Part shown: positions 8,788 through 16,992 of the stretch, piece by piece | How the letters are laid out: the number at the start of each line of letters is the position of its first letter | Position numbering within the stretch: position 1 is the first letter of the stretch | NCBI GenBank assembly: GCA_041183265.1 | Contig: JBEGMC010000034.1 | Location: forward strand, 80-64,079 | Direction: 5' to 3' | From: Bacteroidota bacterium | GTDB taxonomy: Bacteria > Bacteroidota > Bacteroidia > Chitinophagales > Chitinophagaceae | DNA: 64,000 nucleotides | The notes under the pieces: model-generated | Told to the model about the DNA's origin: nothing | The model's database searches: none | What the model saw: only the letters and a program-made list of their open reading frames with translations | Made by a program: the position numbers and the translations under genes

Positions 8788-9888
8788 TTATAAAAAATAG
8801 TTGACCGGATTGGTTTTGTGGGCTGTTTTAAGGACGGCAAAGGTAGGGAATTTTTCGTTTAAGATCTCCACCAGGAGGTCCGACGTAAATTGTTCACTTT
8901 CAAAGTGTCCGATATCTGCCAGTAGCATTTTTCCCTCCGGTAAAAAAAAGTCATGGTAGGTCAAATCGCTTGTAACAAACGCATCGACTTTTGAGGCTAA
9001 AGCGTTGTTAATCAATTGTTTGCCAGATCCACCGCAGAAGGCAACCTTTTGGATGGATTTTCCCGGGACGGTATTGTGTCTGATGGTTCCGGTTTGAAAG
9101 CGCAGCTTCAATAAAGAGAGAAATTCATCCACCTGCATGGGCTCCTTCAGTTCACCTACAATGCCTCCACCAAAGGAAGAAAACTTGTTTTCCAAAGGGA
9201 GGATGTCGTATGCCACCACTTCATATGGATGATTTTCATGCATAACAGCCAATATTTTTGGCTGGAGATGGACGGGGAATATGACTTCGATTTTTGCTTC
9301 AACCACCTTTTCCCTCATGCCCTCCGCTCCGATGAATGGCTGTGATCCTTTCATTGGTTTGAAGCTTCCATTCCCTTCGGAAGTAAAACTGCATTCACTG
9401 TAATGGCCAATGGAGCCGGCACCTGCCTCAAAAAGTGCATTTGAGAGTTTTTCAGCATGATCAACGGGGACAAAAACTGCTAATTTTTGATGCGTATGTT
9501 GCATGGGCGCCAATACACATGCTTTTTGAAGTCCCACTCTGCGTGCTATTTCACCGTTCACGCCCCAAACCACGTTGTCGAGGTTTGTGTGTATGGCATA
9601 CACTGCAATGTCGTGTTTGATGGCTTTTAACAGCAATCTTGTTATGGCATCTCTGGGCTCCAGACTTTTGAGTGGTTTAAAGATGGGTGGGTGGTGCACA
9701 ATCACCAAATTGAATTTTTTATCAATGGCTTCCTCTAAAACCTGTTCAGTCAAATCAAGTGCAGCAATGGCACCAGAACATGCCAACATCCTGTTACCGC
9801 AAACGAGTCCCGCGTTGTCGTATGATTCCTGCAATGCCAGCGGTGCCTTTGTTTCCAAAAAGTTAATTATGTCTGCAATTGAAATCAT
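8788..9888 (-). CDS. Nif3-like dinuclear metal centre protein (YqfO/YbgI family)
   Basis: 366 aa. Nif3 family motifs VHHPPIF and IHTNLD, with a central inserted domain as in YqfO-type members. Confidence 0.9.
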   Translation of the reverse strand: MISIADIINFLETKAPLALQESYDNAGLVCGNRMLACSGAIAALDLTEQVLEEAIDKKFNLVIVHHPPIFKPLKSLEPRDAITRLLLKAIKHDIAVYAIHTNLDNVVWGVNGEIARRVGLQKACVLAPMQHTHQKLAVFVPVDHAEKLSNALFEAGAGSIGHYSECSFTSEGNGSFKPMKGSQPFIGAEGMREKVVEAKIEVIFPVHLQPKILAVMHENHPYEVVAYDILPLENKFSSFGGGIVGELKEPMQVDEFLSLLKLRFQTGTIRHNTVPGKSIQKVAFCGGSGKQLINNALASKVDAFVTSDLTYHDFFLPEGKMLLADIGHFESEQFTSDLLVEILNEKFPTFAVLKTAHKTNPVNYFL

Positions 9889-9933
9889 TTCTGCAAGATT
9901 TATAAAAATTGAAATTACTTTACTTTATCATTT

Positions 9934-10734
9934 ATGCGAAGGTTGCGGGTTTATTTGTTTGTTTTTTCTCTTTTCACCATCCATGCTGCATTTTCACAAA
10001 AATTACAACATGACTGGGAAAATTATGTGACTGCCATCAAGGACAAGCCAGTTTCTATCAATGTCGATCTGGGAATCAAACCATTTGTACCGCTGAAGGA
10101 TATGCCTTATGTCATGATTGTAAGATTGAAGCTGCAAGCGTCCAATGAATTCGGCATGCCATCCGAGGATGAAGTGTTGACCTTGAATGAAATCGAAGAG
10201 CAATTGGTTGACCTGCTTTCGAGAGGACAGGGAGCCATATATGTAGGACGGTTTACACAAAGAGGTATCAGGGAATTCTATTTCTATGCTGGGGATACCA
10301 TCCGGTATCAACAAACGATCAACACTGCACTCGTCTCTTTTACATCATACCAATGGTTGGCACAATGCAAACGCGACGAATCCTGGCAGAACTACTTGAA
10401 TGTATTGTATCCTGCAGATTTAGATAAAATGTTGATTGACAGCAGAAGGCAACTGAATCTTTTTTTACAAAACAACGCTGCAGGTATCAAAAAAAACGTT
10501 TCATATTACTTTGAATTTCCAGATGATGCGTCATGCAGAAAGTTTTTACAAACCCCTGGATGCTCAAAATACACCGTCAACCAATATATCCGAAAAGCAG
10601 GTGGAAAGGGGATTTCAATGGTATTTTCTGCTATTGAGTCGATTGACCGCAAGTGGTTGGAGCAATCCATACCCGTTTTATTTTCAGCTTCAAAAAAGCA
10701 TGGCGGATTATACAAAGGTTGGGAGATCGAATGA
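9934..10734 (+). CDS. DUF695-like / RraB-like two-domain protein with N-terminal signal peptide
   Basis: 266 aa. Signal peptide MRRLRVYLFVFSLFTIHAAFSQ. The N-half (MPYVMIVRLKL...GMPSEDEVLTLNEIEEQL...GRFTQRGIREFYFY) resembles DUF695. The C-half resembles the RraB/DUF1260 fold. The domain calls come from pattern recognition only. Confidence 0.55.
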   Translation: MRRLRVYLFVFSLFTIHAAFSQKLQHDWENYVTAIKDKPVSINVDLGIKPFVPLKDMPYVMIVRLKLQASNEFGMPSEDEVLTLNEIEEQLVDLLSRGQGAIYVGRFTQRGIREFYFYAGDTIRYQQTINTALVSFTSYQWLAQCKRDESWQNYLNVLYPADLDKMLIDSRRQLNLFLQNNAAGIKKNVSYYFEFPDDASCRKFLQTPGCSKYTVNQYIRKAGGKGISMVFSAIESIDRKWLEQSIPVLFSASKKHGGLYKGWEIE

Positions 10735-10740
10735 TGGGGT

Positions 10741-10748
10741 TATCTTTG
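10741..10748 (+). promoter_or_regulatory. Bacteroidota -7 promoter box TAnnTTTG
   Basis: TATCTTTG, 29 nt upstream of the peroxiredoxin ATG 10778. Confidence 0.4.
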
Positions 10749-10777
10749 CATTCAATTCACTTAAAAAATTATTCAAT

Positions 10778-11248
10778 ATGTCAGTTCAAAAAGGTCAGTC
10801 AGCACCCGATTTCAAATTGTTCAATACCGATAAAAAAGAAGTCAGTTTGCAGGATTTCCAAGGAAAAAATCTTGTTATTCTATTCTTCCCTCAAGCTTTC
10901 ACTGGAGTTTGCACAACAGAGCTTTGCAGTGTGAGAGATAATCTCAATGTTTACACTTCACTCAATGCTGAGGTGGTAGGCATATCGGTTGATTCCATTT
11001 TTACTTTGGGAAAATTCAAAGAGGAGCAGCAGTACAACTTCCAGCTCCTTTCTGATTTTAACAAAACAGTGAGCCAGGCTTATGGTGCTTTTTACGACGA
11101 ATTTGTTTTTGGTATGAAAGGAGTATCACGCAGAGCGGCATTTGTGGTTGACAAAAATGGAACGGTCCAGTATGCTGAAGTATTAGAAAGTGCAGGAGAT
11201 CTTCCCAATTTTGATGCCATCAAAGCGGCATTGTCGGGATTGAATTAA
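10778..11248 (+). CDS. peroxiredoxin (AhpC/TSA family)
   Basis: 156 aa from ATG 10778. Peroxidatic Cys lies in FFPQAFTGVCTTELC. The track start 10511 is an out-of-context N-terminal extension overlapping the upstream gene. Confidence 0.9.
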   Translation: MSVQKGQSAPDFKLFNTDKKEVSLQDFQGKNLVILFFPQAFTGVCTTELCSVRDNLNVYTSLNAEVVGISVDSIFTLGKFKEEQQYNFQLLSDFNKTVSQAYGAFYDEFVFGMKGVSRRAAFVVDKNGTVQYAEVLESAGDLPNFDAIKAALSGLN

Positions 11249-11273
11249 ATATTTCAAAAACTGATAATTTGTA

Positions 11274-11304
11274 AGAGTCATGCAAATGCATGGCTCTTTT
11301 TTTT
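11274..11304 (+). terminator. rho-independent terminator after the peroxiredoxin gene
   Basis: AGAGTCATGCAAATGCATGGCTCT hairpin (one G-U pair) followed by TTTTTTTT (11297-11304). Confidence 0.6.
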
Positions 11305-11338
11305 GTAAATACACTAACTTCGGAATAGCATATAAGTC

Positions 11339-11671
11339 ATGAGATCATTTTTTTTGATATTGTTCATCTTTGTTTCGCTGGCCTCATTCAGCCAGGTGAA
11401 ACGTGTGACCATGAGCGAGCATGTCAAAAGAACGGTCATTTATCCAAACCCAGCCAGGTCTTTTATTCAAATTCAATTCAAACAACAAACGCCTGTGCCC
11501 GCATGGCTGGTGATTTATAATTTCATCGGGAAAAAACAACTGGAGTTGGTAAATCCAGGTTCAAATGTTTACCTGGACCTCGCCGATTTCCGCAGAGGGC
11601 TTTACATATTCCAGTTCAAGGATAAAAACGGGCAGATCATTGACTCCGGAAAATTTCAGGTAGAGAAATAA
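11339..11671 (+). CDS. T9SS type A C-terminal sorting domain mini-protein (signal peptide + CTD only)
   Basis: 110 aa. Signal peptide MRSFFLILFIFVSLASFSQ. From residue ~33 it shows the CTD pattern VIYPNPARSFIQIQF...LVIYNFIGKKQL...LDLADFRRGLYIFQFKD.... Confidence 0.7.
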   Translation: MRSFFLILFIFVSLASFSQVKRVTMSEHVKRTVIYPNPARSFIQIQFKQQTPVPAWLVIYNFIGKKQLELVNPGSNVYLDLADFRRGLYIFQFKDKNGQIIDSGKFQVEK

Positions 11672-12841
11672 TCAGCAGACCTGTACAATCAGAAATTTCA
11701 AGTAATTGGTGTTTTCCAATCCCCTGATAATTGGATGGTCGGGCGATTGAGCCTGGAATACAACCTGTCTCAAAGTTCTTCTTGCGTCTTTGGCAGCCAT
11801 TTCTATGATTTCATAAAACAAGTCAGGTTGAACCAAATTGGTGCATGAGGATGTTACCAGAAATCCCCCTGGTTTCAACAGTTTCATCCCCCTTAAATTG
11901 ATTTCTTTGTAACCGCTGATGGCCTTCTGAATATTGTCTCTTGTCTTGGTGAATGAAGGTGGGTCGAGCATCACAACATCCCATTTTTTTCCTTCCTTCG
12001 ACCACTCTTTCAATGCATCAAAAGCATTTACACATTGAAAGGAAATATTTTTAAGATTGTTGAGTGCTGCATTTTCTTTTGCATGTTCAACAGCCGCTGC
12101 AGATATATCCAGTCCCAGCACATGTTTTGCACCATAGTGCGCGGCATGTATTTCAAAAGTGCCGGTATAACAAAATGCGCCCAATACATCCGCGTCTTTC
12201 ACAATATGCCTGATGGCTCTTCTGTTGTCTTGCTGGTCGAGAAAATATCCTGTCTTTTGCCCTTTTTCAATGTCTACATTGAATTTTAACCCATTTTCAA
12301 CAATAGGTATTCGGGTATCAAAAGGAGCTGATAGAAATCCTTTTCTTTGGTCCAGTCCCTCCAATTCACGAATGGGTACATCATTTCTCTCGTAAATTCC
12401 TTTTGGCTTGAAAATTTTTTCCAAGGCGTCGGCTATTTCTTTTTTCCATCTGTCGATGCCAAGTGCCAAAGTTTGGATGACGAAATAATCATTGAACTTG
12501 TCAATGATGAGTTGTGGCAATCCGTCTGCCTCTCCAAATATCAGTCTGCAGTTTTCTGTATAACCGATTTTTTTTCTGTAGTTCCATGCTTCTTGAATAG
12601 TGTCATGAAAAAAATCGGCATTGATCTGAACATGCTTGTCGCGCGTCAGTAATCTCACAGGAATTCTTGAAAGGGGATTGACATACCCCTTTCCGATAAA
12701 TTTTTCATCATGGGTAAAAACTGCTGCAATTTCTCCTGCTTCAATTTCATCATCCATGAGGTTGATCTCATTGGCAAATATCCATGGGTGTCCGTTTACA
12801 ACGCGGTTGCTGATCTTTCTCTTTAGTACCACTTTCTTCAT
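11672..12841 (-). CDS. class I SAM-dependent rRNA methyltransferase, RlmI-like with PUA domain
   Basis: 389 aa from ATG 12841, which sits 4 nt below a TACCTTTG box. Motifs NGHPWIFANEI, FCYTGTFEIHAA and MLDPPSF. Confidence 0.85.
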   Translation of the reverse strand: MKKVVLKRKISNRVVNGHPWIFANEINLMDDEIEAGEIAAVFTHDEKFIGKGYVNPLSRIPVRLLTRDKHVQINADFFHDTIQEAWNYRKKIGYTENCRLIFGEADGLPQLIIDKFNDYFVIQTLALGIDRWKKEIADALEKIFKPKGIYERNDVPIRELEGLDQRKGFLSAPFDTRIPIVENGLKFNVDIEKGQKTGYFLDQQDNRRAIRHIVKDADVLGAFCYTGTFEIHAAHYGAKHVLGLDISAAAVEHAKENAALNNLKNISFQCVNAFDALKEWSKEGKKWDVVMLDPPSFTKTRDNIQKAISGYKEINLRGMKLLKPGGFLVTSSCTNLVQPDLFYEIIEMAAKDARRTLRQVVFQAQSPDHPIIRGLENTNYLKFLIVQVC

Positions 12842-12845
12842 CCCC

Positions 12846-12853
12846 CAAAGGTA
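12846..12853 (-). promoter_or_regulatory. Bacteroidota -7 promoter box TAnnTTTG
   Basis: Minus strand reads TACCTTTG, exactly 4 nt upstream of the RlmI-like ATG 12841. Confidence 0.5.
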
Positions 12854-12966
12854 AACTTTCGTAGAAATGACTGAAATTCGCGTTTCACGGGCAAAAAACC
12901 GCCATTTTGGCTCATCATTGAGTGCTGGCAAGCCATTTGAAGCATTGAACATGTAAATTTTTAACT

Positions 12967-13494
12967 ATGGATGAGAAGGAAACAGTGCAACATCCCGAAA
13001 ACGAAAATCAACAGGCAAGCCAAGAGGCTCCGGTTGAGGAATTGAACGAACTGGATACATTGAAGAAAGAGGTTGAAGAGCAAAAGGAAAAGTTCATCAG
13101 GCTCTATGCAGAGTTCGATAATTACAAGCGCAGAAATGCCAAAGAAAGGGTTGAATTGATTCAGACTGCAGGAAGGGAGGTCATTCAATCCATGTTGGAA
13201 GTATTGGATGATTGTGAGCGTGCAGAAAAACAAATGAACCAGAGTGAGGATTTAAAACAAATCAGGGAAGGAATCGGACTCGTATTCAGTAAGTTCAGAA
13301 ATATTCTTCAGTCCAGGGGATTGAAAGAAATGAAATCAATCGGCGAGGCATTCAACCCAGATTTTCATGAGGCCATCACTGAAATACCCGTTCCGGATGA
13401 AACAATGAAAGGTAAAATTGTTGATGAGGTTGAGAAAGGATATACCCTGAATGATAAAATTATACGATTCTCAAAAGTGGTGGTTGGAAAGTAA
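12967..13494 (+). CDS. grpE: nucleotide exchange factor GrpE
   Basis: 175 aa. Acidic N-terminus, the RLYAEFDNYKRR motif and a GrpE C-terminal beta domain. Confidence 0.95.
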   Translation: MDEKETVQHPENENQQASQEAPVEELNELDTLKKEVEEQKEKFIRLYAEFDNYKRRNAKERVELIQTAGREVIQSMLEVLDDCERAEKQMNQSEDLKQIREGIGLVFSKFRNILQSRGLKEMKSIGEAFNPDFHEAITEIPVPDETMKGKIVDEVEKGYTLNDKIIRFSKVVVGK

Positions 13495-13516
13495 ATCGCA
13501 TCCCAAATAAAAAATA

Positions 13517-14674
13517 ATGGCTAAAAGAGATTATTACGAAGTTTTAGGTGTTGCGAAATCTGCAAGCGCTGATGAAATCAAAAAAGCATACCGAAAGGTG
13601 GCCATGCAGTTTCACCCAGATAGGAATCCGGGTGACAAGGCTGCAGAGGAAAAATTCAAGGAGGCTGCAGAAGCGTATGAAGTGTTGAGTGATCAGGAAA
13701 AGAAGGCTCAGTATGATCGTTTTGGGCACGCGGGACTCAACAATCGAGGTGGATTTGGTGGCGGTCAGGGAATGAACATGGATGATATCTTCAGCAATTT
13801 TGGAGATATTTTCGGTGACGATATCTTTGGAAGTTTCTTTGGTGGAGGGGGTGCCCGTCAGCGTGGCGGAAAAGCACGCGGCACCAGAGGAAGCAACCTG
13901 CGCATCAAATTAAAAATGAATTACGAGGAGATTGCAAAGGGTGCAAACAAAACCGTCAAAGTAAAAAAATATACCAGCTGCACAACCTGCAGCGGTTCAG
14001 GAGCAAAAGATAAGAATTCGGTCCAAAATTGTTCAACCTGTAATGGCACGGGACAAGTTCGGAAAGTGACCAGTACTTTCCTGGGTCAAATGCAAACCGT
14101 TGGGACCTGTCCAACCTGCAGCGGCGAAGGATCTACCATCACCAATAAATGTACTTCCTGCAAAGGCGAGGGAAGGGTTTATACGGAGGAGACCATCAAC
14201 ATTGATATTCCTGCAGGGGTGCAAGATGGCATGCAGTTGAGTTTGAGTGGAAAAGGAAACATCGGTGAGCGTGGCGGTTCTTCTGGTGATTTGATTGTGC
14301 TGATTGAAGAAGAATCACATCCAGAATTGCAGCGCGACAACCTCAATGTGATTTATGACATGCATGTCAGCATTCCAGATGCCATCTTCGGATCCAATGT
14401 GGAAGTGCCTACCATTGATGGCAGAGCAAAAATCAAAATTCCCCCTGGTACACAGAGTGGAAAAATTTTCAGACTCAAAGGAAAGGGATTTCCTTCCATC
14501 AATTCATACGAGAGAGGGGATCAGTTGATTCATGTAAACGTGTGGACTCCTCAAGAACTTAGCAATGAGGAAAAAGAGATGATGGAGAAGCTTAAAGATT
14601 CCAAAAACTTTCAACCACAACCTGAAAAAAGTGAAAAAAGTTTCTTCACCAAAGTGAAGGAAATGTTTGGCTAA
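13517..14674 (+). CDS. dnaJ: molecular chaperone DnaJ
   Basis: 385 aa. J domain (DYYEVLGV...HPDRN), G/F-rich linker and four CxxCxGxG repeats ([32 protein letters not shown]). Confidence 0.97.
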   Translation: MAKRDYYEVLGVAKSASADEIKKAYRKVAMQFHPDRNPGDKAAEEKFKEAAEAYEVLSDQEKKAQYDRFGHAGLNNRGGFGGGQGMNMDDIFSNFGDIFGDDIFGSFFGGGGARQRGGKARGTRGSNLRIKLKMNYEEIAKGANKTVKVKKYTSCTTCSGSGAKDKNSVQNCSTCNGTGQVRKVTSTFLGQMQTVGTCPTCSGEGSTITNKCTSCKGEGRVYTEETINIDIPAGVQDGMQLSLSGKGNIGERGGSSGDLIVLIEEESHPELQRDNLNVIYDMHVSIPDAIFGSNVEVPTIDGRAKIKIPPGTQSGKIFRLKGKGFPSINSYERGDQLIHVNVWTPQELSNEEKEMMEKLKDSKNFQPQPEKSEKSFFTKVKEMFG

Positions 14675-14680
14675 ATTGTA

Positions 14681-15214
14681 TCAGCATTCAAGTTGCATGA
14701 TCTCTCCCAGATTGCGGCCCAATCCATCATAATCCAGTCCGTATCCAACCACAAACAGATTGGGAATTTCAAATCCCAGGTAATCAATGTTGATGGGATA
14801 TACAGTTGCTTCTTTTTTGTGCAGCAAAGAACAGATTTTCAGTGAGGCAGGCTGATGATCCATGAGTTGAGGCAAAAATGCATGCAAGGTTTTGCCGGTG
14901 TCTACAATGTCCTCGATCAGGATGATGTCTCTTCCGCTCAGGGTAGTTTCAAGTCCGATAGCAGTTACAACATTACCCGTCGAGTTCATCCCTTTGTATG
15001 AGGCAAGTTTGATAAAACTGATAGATGCATCAATATCAAGTTGCTTGAAAAGATCAGCTGCAAACATGAAAGACCCATTCAGGATGGCAATGCACAAGGG
15101 TGATTTTCCTTTGTAGTCCTCATTGATTTGTGCTGCTATCTTTGAGACTGCCTGTTGAATATCTGCTGACCTGAGATAGGGAATAAATGTTTTATCGTGG
15201 ATCTTTTTTTTCAT
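14681..15214 (-). CDS. hpt: hypoxanthine phosphoribosyltransferase
   Basis: 177 aa. PRPP-binding motif ILIEDIVDTGKTL and typical Hpt length. Confidence 0.92.
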   Translation of the reverse strand: MKKKIHDKTFIPYLRSADIQQAVSKIAAQINEDYKGKSPLCIAILNGSFMFAADLFKQLDIDASISFIKLASYKGMNSTGNVVTAIGLETTLSGRDIILIEDIVDTGKTLHAFLPQLMDHQPASLKICSLLHKKEATVYPINIDYLGFEIPNLFVVGYGLDYDGLGRNLGEIMQLEC

Positions 15215-16287
15215 TTTTTGCGTGACTTCTTTTTTGAATTTGATTTTTTCTTTTTGGTCGACTTGACAGGTTGCTTGTAGCTTGTCCCTTTTTTGGGTTT
15301 TAAATTCAATTTTTGTCCAACGCTTGGTTTGCTGTTGGCCTTCAAATGATTGTATTGCAGCAGGCTGGAAAGTTTGATGCCCTCGTGCTGGCTGATATCT
15401 CTGAGCGACTCGTTTCTTTTTACACGGTGGATGGATTTATTTCCAATTGCTTTTTTGGGCTGCAGAAATACCAATTCGCTTTTTTTCAAAACCGAAACTG
15501 ACTTCGGAAGTTCATTGTATGAAAGCAGTTTGGAAAGTGTAATGTTGTATTTTTTTGCTATTGCAAGCAATGAACTACCTGCTGGTGCGTATATCACCTT
15601 CACGCTGTTGATCTTGAACACATCTTCGGGGTAAGAAATTTTTCTACTTGCAAATGAGGAGGCAGCATTATTATTACCAGTGGAGGGTGTTAAACCATTC
15701 TTGGTGATTTCCTCTATGTAATCGGAAATATCGTATTTATCCTGTTCTTCATCCTCTGCATAGTCGTTTAGCTGATTCAACTGGTACTCTTCAATGAATT
15801 TGATCAGCGTCTCTGCGTAAATGGGATTGGTGGCATAGCCTGCTTTTTTGAGTCCCCATGCCCATCCCTTGTAATCGTCCAGGTCCAATTCAAACAAAGC
15901 AGCATATCGAGGCTGCAATTTTAAAAAATCAGAATGATCTTTGTATGAACTCACTGCATCCTTGTATTTCCTGAAACATTCACCCTGTGCGTCATCATCG
16001 TGATATACTTTTGGTCCATCCCAGTTGGATTTGCATTTGATGCCGAAGTGATTATTGGACTCCAATACCAATTTGCTTTTCCCGGCCTGTGTTTCTAAAA
16101 TTCCTTGTGCTATTTTGATGGATGCCGGTACACCCGTTCTGACCATTTCATTGATGGCAATGTCTGCGTATTGGGTGATGTAATGAACAATATCCTCGTT
16201 GGGAAGGTTTTGTGCTCTCACGGATATTGAAGCGATCAAACATAAAACTACATGAACAATATATTTGATTGGTGATTTTCTCATCAT
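15211..16287 (-). CDS. secreted GH73 glucosaminidase with two LysM repeats and a Lys-rich tail
   Basis: 358 aa with a signal peptide. GH73 core (IKIAQGILETQAGKS, NNHFGIK, GYATNPIY), two LysM repeats and the C-terminal KKKKSNSKKKSRKK. Confidence 0.85.
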   Translation of the reverse strand: MMRKSPIKYIVHVVLCLIASISVRAQNLPNEDIVHYITQYADIAINEMVRTGVPASIKIAQGILETQAGKSKLVLESNNHFGIKCKSNWDGPKVYHDDDAQGECFRKYKDAVSSYKDHSDFLKLQPRYAALFELDLDDYKGWAWGLKKAGYATNPIYAETLIKFIEEYQLNQLNDYAEDEEQDKYDISDYIEEITKNGLTPSTGNNNAASSFASRKISYPEDVFKINSVKVIYAPAGSSLLAIAKKYNITLSKLLSYNELPKSVSVLKKSELVFLQPKKAIGNKSIHRVKRNESLRDISQHEGIKLSSLLQYNHLKANSKPSVGQKLNLKPKKGTSYKQPVKSTKKKKSNSKKKSRKK

Positions 16288-16289
16288 GC

Positions 16290-16931
16290 TTAAAATAGTT
16301 TTTGAATAATCATGATGCCGTCCCTGACAGATAGCATCACTTTGTCGATTCTCTCTTCTTTCAGAAGATACTCATTGAAATGCTTGATTGCCAATGCGCT
16401 CTTTCCCTTGACGTCCTCTTTTAGTACCTCACCATGAAACAATACATTGTCAAACAGCATGAATGCACCTGGTTGAATGATCTCTATCAATGTTTTGTAG
16501 TAATCGATGTACCCGGTTTTTTCTGCATCAATAAAAACCAAATCCCAGTCTTCATTCAATTGGGGTATGATTTCATGCGCATTGCCAACATGCAATTGAA
16601 TTTGTTGTTTAAACGGACTCTCATCAAAAAATTGCTGTGCGATGATTGCGTCCTCTGGCCTCAATTCGATGGTATGAAGTACTCCCAATGGATCCAATCC
16701 TTCTGCCAGGCAGAGCGAACTGTAACCTGTAAGTGTTCCAATTTCAAGTATTCTTTTGGGTTTGATCATGCGGCTGACCATGGAGAGAAATTTTCCCTGT
16801 ACAGGTCCGCTCAACATATGCGGTTCAGCATGATGCTCATGGGTATGGGCATCTATTTTCTGCAGCAACTGGTTGGTCACTGAGCTGTGCAACTGCACAT
16901 ATTTTTCTGCCGCTGAGCTGATGATTTCCAT
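16290..16931 (-). CDS. class I SAM-dependent O-methyltransferase (COG4122 type)
   Basis: 213 aa from ATG 16931, which sits 6 nt below a TACATTTG box. Motifs ILEIGTLTGYSSL and VFIDAEK. The track start 16940 is TTG. Confidence 0.85.
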   Translation of the reverse strand: MEIISSAAEKYVQLHSSVTNQLLQKIDAHTHEHHAEPHMLSGPVQGKFLSMVSRMIKPKRILEIGTLTGYSSLCLAEGLDPLGVLHTIELRPEDAIIAQQFFDESPFKQQIQLHVGNAHEIIPQLNEDWDLVFIDAEKTGYIDYYKTLIEIIQPGAFMLFDNVLFHGEVLKEDVKGKSALAIKHFNEYLLKEERIDKVMLSVRDGIMIIQKLF

Positions 16932-16937
16932 GTGTGG

Positions 16938-16945
16938 CAAATGTA
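16938..16945 (-). promoter_or_regulatory. Bacteroidota -7 promoter box TAnnTTTG
   Basis: Minus strand reads TACATTTG, 6 nt upstream of the O-methyltransferase ATG 16931. Confidence 0.45.
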
Positions 16946-16992
16946 CAAGCTTTGCTGCTTAGGAGATGGAGGCTTTTGTTAAAAAACACAGC

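Noticed and set aside
9575-10030. 151-aa plus-strand ORF spanning the Nif3 5' region and the intergenic gap.
   Set aside because: It is antisense to the Nif3 gene, and its 3' part overlaps the start of the signal-peptide protein in another frame. No family signal.
10511-10777. 89-aa N-terminal extension of the peroxiredoxin ORF.
   Set aside because: The extension overlaps the upstream gene in another frame and has no peroxiredoxin homology. A TATCTTTG box at 10741 lies inside it, and ATG 10778 gives a canonical peroxiredoxin N-terminus.
12842-12966. Possible CIRCE/HrcA operator upstream of grpE (GAGTGCTGG at about 12918).
   Set aside because: Only one half-site-like string is present, and no matching TTAGCACTC arm occurs at 9-nt spacing.
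16434-16883. 149-aa plus-strand ORF.
   Set aside because: Antisense to the O-methyltransferase gene, with no family signal.
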